The position numbers and the translations under genes are program-made. The notes beneath the pieces were generated by a model. The model searched no databases. It had not been told where the DNA came from and saw only the letters and a program-made list of their open reading frames with translations. A stretch of 64,000 nt of DNA, counting the filler, from Basidioascus undulatus (taxonomy: Eukaryota): the NCBI GenBank assembly GCA_000826855.1. It is 3 parts of 3 records of this genome, joined end to end, with 100 filler letters (N's around TTAATTAATTAA, not from the genome) between each part and the next. Parts side by side here need not be neighbours in the genome. Positions count along the whole stretch, not along the records: positions 1 to 21,624 come from JTLS01000326.1; 2 more parts are not named here. The stretch is one strand, 5' to 3'. Shown in pieces: positions 1-12,196 of the stretch. Every line of letters begins with the position of its first letter. The stretch's first letter is position 1.

Positions 1-113
1 TCTTACTAACTGCGTTCCACCAACCCTTCTTCCTCCCTTTCATCACTCTTCGCCTTCCCCTCTTCACCCCATATTCCCATTTCCCGCGCTAAACTCGCCC
101 TACGAGCACACAG

Positions 114-324
114 CGTCCAATTCCTACGCGACTTGCGCGACTTCTCCGGTGTGACGTTCAAGATTCGCGCGCTCGACTCGCGCCTCCCCGCCCCCTCTTC
201 CGGCGCCCAGTCGAACGTGGACGAGGATGGGGAAGGGGAGGCGGAGAGGCAGGAGAGGGAGAGGGGCGAAGTGATGCTCTCTTGTGTGGGGATTGGGTTT
301 GTTGGGCAGAGGAAGGTCGGCTGA
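114..324 (+). CDS. RCL1: Terminal exon of RNA 3'-terminal phosphate cyclase-like protein (18S rRNA biogenesis); rest of gene lies upstream of the window
   Basis: After acceptor CACACAG (ends 113) reads VQFLRDLRDFSGVTFKI...VMLSCVGIGFVGQRKVG*, matching the recalled Rcl1 C-terminal pattern (QFLR.LK.FF...FKI ... L.CVGIGF). Confidence 0.85.
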
Positions 325-906
325 GGGAGGGCGCGCGGCGGAGGAGGGGAGGACGCATTTCATGGGCTTGCTTCTTCTGGACGCGCACGATGGGTGTGGC
401 TGCGCTCTCTCTCCCCTCACTACGGAGCGTTCACACGTCGGACGCAATCTCGCGACCCGCAAAAGTTTATCCTCGGCACCCTGAGCTGCAGTGCGTACAC
501 CTGGGCTCCTAGGCGTCTGCAATCGAAAGGGATGATGAGGACGTGGGCGTGAGTTTGAATCGGGGGCTCCTGTCTGTCTCGCCTGTGGATGATGCCCAGC
601 GGCTGCTTTAATGTTGTTAGGACCTGGGATTTGTCTGCCAGCCTGTAACCTGGCGATATAATTAAGGTCTGCATACGAGAAATGCAGTGCACTTGCAGAA
701 CCCAGTGCAGTGCCGGCTTCAGGCGACTTCAGTTGGACTTCAGGCTTAGCCGAGCGTCCGGCACGACGAGTTGCCGGCTTGCTGCTCGGAAGGTTCCCCC
801 TTCAGGCACGCTTTCCTTCCTGCCCCTTCTTGCCTTCTCTTCCAATCTGACTCTCCTTCTGTCCGACGCATCCTACACCTCACTCTCTTGGATACCCGTA
901 GCACTC

Positions 907-2651
907 ATGCCCCTAGACGAAGCCGCCGCGCCTATCCACTCCATCATATCGCTTGATGAGCTCGAGGCGAAAACGTCGGTCCCCCTTCGTCTTACCGCGA
1001 TTTCGCGCAGCCCATGTAGAAGACGCTCTCGAGTCTGACGGTTGTGTTCTCCGACAGGTATCGCTCCAAAACTGTCTTGCCGCGCTTTCCTGGGGCGCGG
1101 GGGATCTATGGTGGGACGGTGCGTCTGCGAGGGGGGCACTTGGACCTAGAGTACATGGGAGGCTGATAGTGCCGGGGCGGGGGAGGGGGAAAGGTGATCT
1201 CCCAGGCTGCGTGGGCTGCGACGCTGGTGGTTGGGGATGAGAGATACGGGCTGCATGTGAGTGTTTGGAGGTGGTTGGAGGGATGGATGGAAGTGAAGAG
1301 GGTTCAGGCTGATGTGTCCGACCGCGGCACGGACGCAGTCGCTTCATGCGTACTTCTTGATTGCTGGGGATGACGCTGTGGTACGTCGCATTATCTTTCG
1401 GCTAACAAATTAAGCCATTGTGACACTCAAATCCCCACCTTCCTGCAGCCAATAACGTACACCGTCGAGGAGCTCCGCAGCGGTGCGCCCTTCGCAGCTG
1501 CATCCTCCTCGTCCCCGACGCTCACTCCGCGCTCCCCCACAGGCAAGTCCTACCGGACCTACCTCGTGCGCGCTTCGCAGCGCTCGCGCCCCATCCTCGT
1601 CCTCAGCTGCTCCTTTTCCCTCCCGGAGCCGCACCAGCCGCACTGGCAGATCGCACCCGCCGCCGTCTCCGCCTTCCCCGTCGACGTGCGCCCGCCCGAA
1701 GCGCTCAAGACGCAGGTCGAGTTCTACGCGCGCGTGCTGCGCAACCCGGCGGTCCACGGACGGAGGAGAAGGTTCTTCGAGATGCTGATTAAGGTGCGGG
1801 TTTAGTGTTGAGGAAGGGGGGAGGGCGGAGCATGAGGGATGGCTGATCCGATGGTAGGGTGGGATAGGGTAGAGAAAAGGGCCCGTTTGAGATCAAGACG
1901 GCCAATTTGGACGAGCTGTGGACGGAGGAAGGGGTGGAGAAGCAGAGCACACGGGCGATGTACTGGATCAGGTGCGTAACACTCGCAGTGTTGCGCTCAC
2001 GAAGAAATAAAATGACAGTGGCTTTGTAAATATAGATACAAGGGCAAAATTGATCCCTCTCCTGCGTTCCTGAGAGTAAGAAAGCTGTTCGCGCGAATGC
2101 CCGCTAGGTCGCTGCGTCTGACTGAAGGCATGGCTGCAGATCGCCATCGCCTACGCTTCGGACGACTGGTAAGCCGGAAATGACATGCGAATGTTGAGGA
2201 ATAATCAGGGTGGCTGATTGTCTCTTTCTTTGCTCAGGTTCATCGGCACCGCTGCATCGGCGCTGAACCTGCAGCGGGTGGGCGGTGAGTCGCCTCTGGC
2301 CATGCTCGCTTCGATCGACCACACGCTCTGGTTCTAGTGAGTCAGATCTCCAAAATCATCTGCATCTCCCAGATCTAATGATACTGGCGTGTTCAGTGAT
2401 GTTGCAGACATGGGCGAAGCCGGGGACTGGCTTCTCTTCACTGTCCGTCTCTGCTCCCCCTCTCCCCCAAGATCAAGCTGACGCTCGAGTATTGACAGAG
2501 CGACGCATTGCGCACCGGCCACGGGCGCGCAACCGTCCAGGGGCGGGTGTGGACGCGGAGCGGACAGCTGCTCGCGCTGGTGCAGCAGGAGGGTGTCTGC
2601 CGCACGACTGATCCAGGTCGGATTGGGGGTGCGAAAGACGCCAAACTGTGA
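907..2651 (+). CDS. TES1: Peroxisomal acyl-CoA thioesterase II (TesB/Tes1/ACOT8 family), about 12 exons
   Basis: Spliced GT-AG exons give GARGIYGGT-VISQAAWAAT...LH-SLHAYFLIAGD...GKSYRTYLVRASQ...IAYASD...MLASIDHTLWFY...GRVWTRSGQLLALVQQEGV and end in the PTS1 tripeptide AKL*. Confidence 0.9.
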
Positions 2652-4169
2652 TAGATCAGATAGGAGGCTTGGGAGATGGGATTTTGGGCAGGTCGGAACA
2701 TAGGGTGGAGGTGTTGGCGGTGTTGCTTGAATGCGGTTAGAGGTGCACTGTGAGGAATAATATTGAAGATGGCATGAGGCGTCCCTTCAGCACGTGGATC
2801 GTATCAGGCTGTAAATGAGAAGCGAGATGTTTTCGAAGGTTCAGTTACGCACCGCTTCATCTGTAGCGAGTTGTAGACCTATGGGTAGTTGAGGGTCACG
2901 AAGACCTGTTAGGAAGCTCAGTCGTGCAACTGCTGGAGCAGTATCTTCAACGTGCAGAGGGATAAAATTTCCATAAAGTAGTTCCGATAAACCCCTAGAG
3001 TCCATGGGTCAGGGCTAGGAGAAGGGGCCAGAAGTTAAGCCACAAATCCGCACAAAGCCCTGTTTGTAAGGTGTTTGCAGTGGACGCAGTTGACGGGGCA
3101 GAAGACAAACCAACCTGTGTTGACCGTTTTTGTCCTCCTCGCCTTCGGCAGGTTGATACCTATGATGAAGTGATTGAAAAAGGTGGAAAGCGGGAGTGCT
3201 GTAAGTTCATTGTGAGTGTGATCCTCATGCGACAGTCCTCATATCCTGCTGTTCTTGCTTCATGAACCGACACAGCCAGACACAGCCAGCGGCAGCCTCT
3301 GCAGTTGAGCTAGGCAACACGCCTTCGTCTGCTAGCAGATCTTACAGTTAACCCTGCTAGAGATACGCTGTATAACTTTCTCATGAGAAACTCCTTACGG
3401 AGAGACTCATGCACATCTGCCCTCCCCAAATCAAGTGCTCGCATTGCAGGCAAGGACTGAGCGACCGCGACCACTGGCATGGTACTCTTCTTCGCCTCCG
3501 CCTCCCCAGATCTTTTGACAATAATACTCTTGCACCACACCATACACATGGGCATCTCATACACCGAAATGTTGTCCGTTGTTTTTTATGCTGGTCTCCG
3601 CTCTGCTCGGCGGGGGACATACAGCTGGCCGGTGATTCGGAGCCACAATGCAAGAATCTTGCTCGGATGTGACTGAATTCTTTCAATTATAGACGTTCAA
3701 GCTCACCTTGGTTTCCTCAAACAACTGTCATGAAAGGATCGGGGAGAAGCAGTTGTTAAAGGTGACCGGAAGGAGTGACGAGTAAGAGCGTATGTTCAGC
3801 AGGCCATGTGAGGCTAATCGTGTTAAGGTGATTTATTTCTTATCGGAATTACCGCTGCATCAAACATAAAGAAATGTAGTGTCATGGAAGAGAAGCGAAA
3901 GAAAGCACACTGCGTGAAATGTATAGCACCGTTGCAATGAATTCACGGCAAGGCTAGCGGCGGACTCGAGACCATTTGGACGCGACGCGACAAGCGACGC
4001 GCCTGCTCCTTCTCCGCCACCGGCCCACATCTTTTGCTACTCATCCACCGCTCTTGGCCAGCAACCACCATCATCTATCTGTACATTCTTAGTACATCCC
4101 CCGTAAAATCATCATCCGCTCGCATCGCTCGTCGCCGTATCGCCGCCACGGGAATCTTTCGATTTCGCC

Positions 4170-7100
4170 ATGTCCGGGATCGAGCTCTCCGTCTCGCAGT
4201 TCGAGGAGCGCACCTCAAAGCTGCTGAAGGCGTGGAAGGTGGGCAAATTGAACACAGTGGCATGAGGCGGCGGCAGGGTGTTAGGTGGGATGTAGACGGG
4301 TGTCCTGATCGGCTGCCTTTCGGGCCTCCAGAACGCTCAGCAAGATGAGGAGCTGCAGTCGCTTGTCGGCGTCGACGCGGTCACGATTGTGGTGGGGGAC
4401 CTGGACGAGGCGATCACCTATCGCAAGAGCACGGCTCTTCAGGTGCGTCTGTTACTATGGCATGGGTTAGCTCTGTATCGGGCGCTCATCAGGATCCGGA
4501 CCCCTTGCCAGACGTGGCTGCTTGGCTACGAGTTCCCGTCGACCATCATGATCTTCCTTCCCGAAAAGGTCATCTTCATCGCTAGCAGTGCCAAGGGTGC
4601 GTTGCTTTTGCTGCAGATTGCAGTATGTGGACACAGCGCTGATCCGCCATCTGACACGATAGCCAAGCTGCTGAAGCAACTGAGCGGCTCAAGCGTCCCC
4701 GTCGAGGTCGTGACCAAGTCGAAGGACGCCGCGGCGAATGCCGACGCGCTCAAGGCCGTCGTGAAGCAGATCTCGCAGTCGCAGGAGGGAAAGCGTATCG
4801 CGACGCTGCCGAAGGACCAGTTCTCGGGCAAGACGGTCGACGAGTGGGCGGCGGCCGTCAAGGCCGCCTCGGAGGAGGAGGGGCGCACGTTCGACGAGGT
4901 CGACGCCGCGCCCGCTTTGGCGAAAATCATGGCTCCGAAGGACGAGGAGGAACTTGTGCGTCTTTGCCTTGATTCGGCGCTTCCGAGCGCTGCCACTGAC
5001 CGCTTTTGGTCGTCTGCAGAAAACACACCGCCAAGCGTCCCGGCTGACCTCCCACCTTCTGAGCCACTTCGTCGACCGCGTGACGGGCTACATCGATGCG
5101 GAGAAGAAGGTCACGCACGAGCAGCTGGCCGACATGGTCGAGCGCAAGCTCGAGAAGAACGAGGACGAGACGGGGCCAAAGGACAAGGCGTTCTGGTCCA
5201 AGATGAAGGGTTGGAATGAGGTGCGCTCATATCGCCACGCTGTCTTTTAGACGTGCTCTCTGATGGGTGCTTCGTCTGCGCGACGCAGACCGAGTTCGGC
5301 CTCGCGGACATCGTTTACTCGCCGATCATCCAATCGGGCGGCACGTACGATTTGCGGACGTCGGCGGAGTCTAACGGGAAGAACCTCCAGCCGGGCGTCA
5401 TCACGGCGAGCCTCGGTGTGCGCTACAAGAACTACTGCTCGAACGTCGGTCGCACGATCTGCATCGACCCGCACAAGGTGCGTTTTGCCCATGCTTCTCT
5501 GACTTTATCAGGAGGCGCCGTACTTACTCGGACGGCATGGCGACATGGATACAGGAGCAAGAAGCGAACTACAAGTTCCTTCTCGAGCTGCAGAACGAGG
5601 TCCTTGCCAAGCTCACGCCCGGCACGCCATTGCGCGACGTTCACGCGGCCGCGGTCAAGTTCATCAAGGCGAAGAAGCCGGAGCTCGAAAGCCACCTCAC
5701 CAAGAACTTGGGCTTTGCGGTGGGTATTCATCACTTTCTCAGAGGGTTTCATGGGACCAAGCGCTGATCTCGTTCCATGTCAGAGTGGGATCGAGTTCCG
5801 CGAGTCGGCGTACCTCATTAGCGGAAAGACGACGCGCACGGTGCAGGCCGGCATGGTCTTCAACGTCGCTGTCGGCTTTGCGGATCTCAAGGACCCGGTC
5901 AAGAAGGGGAAGACGTACGTCCCATCGCTCTTTGCGTTCAATGCAAGAGGCTTAACTGAACTTTTGTCAACAGCTACGCCCTCTCGCTCATCGACACCGT
6001 CAAGGTCGTTCCTTCTGGTCCTGCCGTCTGCCTGACGGAGGGCAACAAGTCGCCCAACGATGTCATGCTCTTCATCAAAGTATCGTTTCCGGCACTGGTT
6101 ATCCCCGCGCACGACTGCGACTTATGAGGCTGTTTTTGTCGCCAGGACGAAGTCGAGGAGGTTCCGAAGAAGTCGAAGGCCGCCTCACCGAACAAGTCTG
6201 CGCAGCGCAAGTCGACGTCCGGCGCCGCGAACGGCAAGGTTGCGGGCACGAAGGTGCTCAGGACCAAGACGCGCAACGAGGGCCGCGAATTGGACGACAC
6301 GCTCGTGAACAAGATCAAGGAGCACCAAAAGATCCTGCACGCAGCGAAGCAGGAGGAGGGCCTGAAGCGCTTCGCCGGCGGCGGCGACGGCAAGGGCGAG
6401 GACAACGACAAAGTCTTCCGCAAGTTTGAGGCATACAAGCGCGAGAACCAGCTGCCCGTCAACAAGGATCTTCGCGTATGCTAACGCTCAAGGTTCTCAT
6501 TCTGGAGTAGACTGACTGACGCGACTCCCGGTTCCCAGATCGCCGTCGACCACCGCAACCAGGCGCTCATCCTGCCGATGTACGGATTCGCCGTGCCGTT
6601 CCACGTCTCGACGATCAAGAACGCGAGCAAGACGGAGGAAGGCGAGTACACGTCGCTGCGCATCAACTTCATCACGCCCGGTCAGATCGTCGGAAAGAAG
6701 GAGGAGACGGTGCGTCGAGCGGGTTGTGACCCTCGCAGTCGATTGTGGTTCACGAGGGAATCCGCTTGCCATGCAGCCCTTCGAGGACCCGAACTCGACC
6801 TTCATTCGCTCCGTCACCTTCCGCTCGACCGATAGTCACCGCTTCTCCGAGCTGCACAAGGACATCACCGAGCTGAAGAAGACGGCGACGAAGCGCGCGG
6901 CGGAGAAGAAGGAGATGGCAGACGTCATCCAGCAGGAGAAGTTGCAAGAGATCAAGGGTGCGCTCAAGTGCAGGCTGCATGCAGATGGACATGTGCACTG
7001 ACGCTTTGCAACAGGTCGTCGGCCGCTGAAGCTTCCCGAGGTCTTCGTCCGTCCCGGCCCCGAGGGCAAGCGTGTTCCGGGCGACCTCGAGATCCACAGC

Positions 7101-8617
7101 AACGGTATCCGGTACACTTCGCCTCACCGCGACCAGCGGATAGGTGCGTCTTTTCTTTTGCCATCGTGCTGCGCTGTGCGTGGCTGACATTTTCAACAGA
7201 CCTCTTGTTCAGCAACATCAAGCACCTCTTCTTCCAACCTTGCGAGGGCGAGCTCATCGTCCTCATCCACGTCCACCTCAAGGCGCCGATCATGATCGGC
7301 AAGAAGAAGGCGAAGGTACGCGCAGCACATCCCAGAATCAACGCACGAGTGTGGCTAACATTCATGTCCTTATAGGATGTGCAATTCTACCGCGAGGCGT
7401 CCGACGTGCAGTTCGACGAGACGGGGAACCGCAAGCGCAAGTACCGCTACGGCGACGAGGACGAGATCGAGCTCGAGCAGGAGGAGCGCAAGCGGAGGCA
7501 GGCGCTCAATCGCGAGTTCAAGGCGTTTGCGGAGAAGATTGCTGAGGCGGTGTGTTTCCTTCGCCTGACCTTCCCGACTTCTCCGGCTCACTCCATCCTT
7601 GTGCGGGATGTAAGAGCGACGACCGCTTCGAGGTGGACATTCCTTTCCGTAAGTTCTGCACCTGAATGCGGCGCTCGCCCGCTGTTCCGCCGCTGACCAA
7701 AGGTTCAACCGCAGGCGAGCTTGGCTTCCAGGGCGTGCCGCACCGCACGAACGTCCTGCTCCAGCCTACGACCGACTGCCTCGTCCACCTCTCCGACACG
7801 CCGTTCACCGTCGTCACGCTCTCCGAAGTCGAGATCGCGCACCTCGAGCGTGTTTCGTTCGGCGTCAAGACGTTCGACCTTATCCTCGTCTTCAGCGACT
7901 TCACGAAGCCGCCACTGCACATCAACGTCATCCACGCCGCGCAACTCGACAATGTCAAGGAGTGGCTGGACTCGGTCGAGGTGCGTTGTCCTTTCCCGCA
8001 ATTTCCTGCTTTCAACCCGGAAACTTACGCAGATCCATGGCTAGATCCCTCTCTCGGAAGGTCCTGTGAACCTCAACTGGTCGGCCATCATGAAGAGTGC
8101 GTATCGGATAATGATGTGGTTTGATGGTTTAACGCTGACGAGCAGCTTCTTTGCAGCCGTCAACGAGGACCCCAAGGCGTTCTTCGAGGAGGGCGGCTGG
8201 GGTTTCTTGGGCGGTGGCGAGTCCGACGTACGTCCTTTTTCGCGCCGTGACTTCCCTTACACAATAGCTCACGTCGGCTGCGCTCTGGGCAGGCCGGGAG
8301 CGAGGAGGAGTCCGAAGAAGGAAGCGCGTTCTCCGGGGAGAGCGACGTGTTCGAGGACGAAAGCTCGGATGAGGAGTCCGACTTCTCTGACGCGTCCAAT
8401 GACGAGAGCGAGAGCGAGGCCAGCAGCATCGAGTCCGGCGAAGACTGGGTAAGTCTCGCACACTCTCGCGCTATCTTCACACGCGATGGCTAACCTATGC
8501 GTGCAACAGGATGAGCTGGAGCGTAAGGCGGAGAAGGCCGACCGGAAGAAGGCGGAGGAGCGCGGCGATCTTAGCGACGATGACCGCGGTAAGAAGAAGG
8601 GCAAGGGAAGGCGTTGA
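4170..8617 (+). CDS. SPT16: FACT complex subunit Spt16/Cdc68, about 20 exons
   Basis: Motifs [115 protein letters not shown] and an acidic C-terminal tail. All introns read are GT-AG. Confidence 0.97.
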
Positions 8618-9357
8618 GAGTGTAGCTGTATTTGTTTTCGTGCTACTTGGTCCATTCCACGACGTCTTGTACGCATCTCCGAGCGTAGCGGTGTGCGTTT
8701 GTTGTATGGCGCATGGCCAATCCCGCATCTGCGGGACCTACCTTTCCGGGCTGTGCAGTGGAGGAGGATGTGTCTTCGTATCGCCGTCCGTGAAGTAGCA
8801 AGAGGCAACATCGTGTTACGTCGAACTATGTGGAGACCTTCAACGCCGTTCGGCAAGCTTTTACAGCAGCTATTGGCTTGTAGCGGTTCGCAGCGCCTCG
8901 AGCCGTCTCGAAGAACCTGCCGAAACCGCGCCGTTCATCTTGATTCGCCTCAAAATTGTCTGAAGTTGTCAGCCGAACTTCTTCCGGGAACTGCATTCGA
9001 GATGTTCTCCGTGTCGCTGTCCTTCGGAGACTCATGGCAAGACGGTGCCACTGTTCATTGTGCTAACTTATGCGAGCCTGATGTTCAGAGAGGAATACAG
9101 CTTTCCACCTATAAAGCCTCGCATTACTTGTGCTCTAAAACATTCGAGACGCATACGATGTTCATCGCGCATCTCGTTGTCCGCTTTCCTCTCATCCGTC
9201 CACTCCGGCTGGGACACCCCTGCAGCGACGTCCTCATACTCTTTCGATCATCTCTGCCCCCCAAAATATCGGAGAATCATCTCTATCAAGACTGTATATC
9301 GCCCGCAAGGTGATGTGCAACTGCCGGAGAAAGGCGTAGCGAGGCTAGAGCACATGC

Positions 9358-10226
9358 GGAGCTTGTCGAAGTGGTCGAGGAATGGATAGAGTGCGTCTAT
9401 ACCCTTTTCTTTTTATTTTCTGCGAGTTCAAAATGGTCTCACCCGATGTTCTCTCTCGCAGCTTCTTCGACTCGCCCGACCTGCTTCAGCTCCAGCTCTT
9501 TCACCAGCTCGCCCTTGCTCCAGCACTTTCAATGGTCCCCACTCATCCTGAATGCCGTCGACCGCTCGCTCCCGCTCTTTTGTCCCTCGTGCTCCCCTCA
9601 CCCCCGCTCTCCACCATGCTCGCCCCCGTCCCCGCGCCCGAGCCCTTCGCAGACGTCCTCGCGATGCACCTCCGGCGAGGCGACTTCGCCTGGCACTGCA
9701 CCAATCTCGCGAAGTGACGCTCGGGATTCACGCTCTTGAACTCTCTCCCCGAATTGCCAGTTCGTTTTGAGCCGCCTGCGGAGGCGGACGAGGCGCGTCG
9801 TCGCGAAACGTACCGCTCGCATTGCTACCCAATACGGACCAACTCGTGCTCAAAGCACGCGAGGCCAACCGCGCATTTGGCGATGCGGACCGTCTTTCTG
9901 TTGACGAACGGCGACGATGCATGCATGGGTGGAAGAGGTGCGGGCGGGGTTGAAGAAGGATGGTAAAGGCTGGGAACGTGTCGCTGTCAGCGCCGACGTA
10001 CAGGAGTGAGAGCGAAGCTGCTGGATATCGCGAGGCGGGCAGCGGTGTTCGTTGGGAATGGGGTGCGTGTCAGGGTTTCCTACAACTAGGGTCGTCAGGC
10101 TGAATGGGCGAGACCATGGCTGACGTTATTTTCTCATCCTCTGTAACAGTTTTCGAACATGCCGGCGAACATCGTCCTCCTTCGGCTGCGTGACGGGCTC
10201 CAAACAGTAGCAGTCGCTTTTGGTAG
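9358..10226 (+). pseudogene. Decayed fragment of a fungal GDP-fucose O-fucosyltransferase-like (GT-B) gene
   Basis: Family-like blocks FQWSPLILNAV, VLAMHLRRGDFAWHCTNLAK*, HCYP, VFLLTNGD, LDIARRAAVFVGNG|FSNMPANIVLLR lie in different frames with an in-frame TGA. Two GT-AG introns remain recognisable; no 5' half is seen. Confidence 0.7.
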
Positions 10227-10535
10227 CTCTTACACATTCCAATTCTTTAATTTTGAGGGTGTGTTGAGAGGTTCATCTTGTCATTGTTTGCATTGAGAAA
10301 GAGCAGATGCGGAGTAGCCGAGTTGTGACTGTGCGGTCGAGGGCATCAGACGATGCGTCGAGCGCTGACGACTTAAATTAAACGAACTGCCTTGGGTCTC
10401 TACCAAGTCTTTACGATTCTATTCACCTTGAGCCACCTTTCAAATCTGCCAAGACAAAACAAAGCCTGCTACATACGGTCTGTGGCGCAAGTGTGCTGCC
10501 CTGTTCGGTCCAACCCGAGGTTGGAAAAGCAAAAC

Positions 10536-10615
10536 TAGTCGCGCCCGGGATCGAACCGGGAACCTTCTCTGTCCTCGATGTGAAAGAGAAATCATAACCA
10601 TTAGAACACGCAACT
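10536..10615 (-). tRNA. tRNA-Val(CAC) with 7-nt intron (10572-10578)
   Basis: Minus strand reads AGTTGCG-TG-TTCTAATGGTTATGAT-T-TCTCT-TT-CAC-A-[TCGAGGA]-C-AGAGA-AGGTT-CCCGG-TTCGATC-CCGGG-CGCGACT-A, followed by a TTTT Pol III terminator. Confidence 0.88.
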
Positions 10616-12196
10616 GTTGTGTCTATTGATAGGATAGTTTTATTCTCATAGCAGAACAGTTGCGGTACTCTTTTGTTGGCGCGCACTGCTCGTCAACCGT
10701 CATCCCAATCTCTTTTATATTTAAAGAGTACAGACGAGAATTGTAGAAGTTGTTGCCTCCTTGTTCCAATAGATTGTCATTCGGTTTCATCAGATCGTCA
10801 TAGAGACCACCAGCGATAGCGAGCGGCAGTGGTCCGCTGAGGCCTTCTCATTGTGCGCTTGGTTTAAAAATCCCAATATCCCGACCTGAATATAATCCAT
10901 ATACGTAGAATCAACAATAATTAAGCATCGAAAGACATTCACATAATCCATCAGTGATGATTGCGACCCTGTTGCATCAGGGCGCGGCAGGGTCCAGGGG
11001 CCTTGCAGTGCACTGCAGCAGGCGGCCACTGCCGCAGTGCGCCGGCGGTGACACCGCCGCGGGCAGACCGACAGTACGAACCGGTCCATGGCACAATGCC
11101 TTGGAAGTATCTGCTGTTGTGCGTGCCCATTGATGTTTCCCACTTGTATACTTCGGGACAGTGCTTGAAAAGCGGGTAGTCGCGACTGTTAGAAAAGGTG
11201 TCAGCGAACTGCCTGCTAATACGCATGCGTTTCTGAGCCAATGGTCAAACCAATCGAGGCTAATTGAATCAAAATGTCCTTGGCAATTGCAGGGAATCAA
11301 TCAAGTGAACAGTAGTATGTCAAGCGTGTTGTTCATGGCGACGCGTTACGGGATGCTGGTTGTTGAAAAGTGTTGTTGAGTTCAGGTCCCGCTGCAGCGG
11401 AGGTTGCCCAGGAACAGCCGCGACAGGTGACGTGTCTCAAAGTTGAGGTCAATAGCACTGCTGGAGCTTGAGAGGACGACACTTGGAGGTCGATGGTGTA
11501 CCTTGAGCATTTCTTGCTTGACAGGCAGCGAGTACGGGGTTTCTAGACGGATTTGACATCGGAGTTCGCTGTGGCTAAAGTGCGAGGCCGGCGAAGCGGC
11601 ACCTTTCATTTTATGACTGAGCCGGCGGCGCACCCGCCTTGGTTCAGGACTTGCAAGGTACCAGCTCTGCACGTTCTTATAGATTCGCCTTCTTGTGGTC
11701 GTCCGGTATCTCATGGCCTCTGCAGGATTTTGCACAGGCAGAAGGTAGCTGGTGCTCAATGGTGTGAAGGAAACGATCACGAAAAATATGCATTTCATGC
11801 CCGAACTTCAGGGTCACTGGGAGCCAGACGTGACGGCGCCGGAGGCTTGTGGCACCTGCCGCGCTCTTGCCTGCCTCGCGCATTCTCCGTCGTCCACCTC
11901 CATCTCCACCTCCTCCTCCCAGCTGCTTCTCCTCCTGAGCACCTAAGTCTTCGCCGCCGGCTCCCCGATTATACGCCCAATTCCGTTCCTTTAGCGTCGC
12001 CTCAGGATCCGGGATCGGCCAGCGACGGGCGTGCCTGTCTGCAGCGGACCCCGCCTCTTCACCCCGCCAGCGCCCCGCCCTCTCGCTATCGCGGGTCTTC
12101 TTCTCGCGCTCGCCTTGCCCCCCGCCCTTTCCGCCTCCCCACATAGTCCACTTGTCCTCTACATCATCGGTCGACCGGTTCCACCGCGCCCGCACC

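Noticed and set aside
3071..3686. Overlapping short ORFs upstream of SPT16 as a gene or transposon remnant
   Set aside because: No recognisable motif, codon bias, terminal repeats or splice structure.
10536..10615. Alternative register giving anticodon TCA (opal suppressor or Sec tRNA)
   Set aside because: It would put C at position 37 and shorten the variable loop, and there is no long Sec arm. The CAC register fits the tRNA-Val layout.
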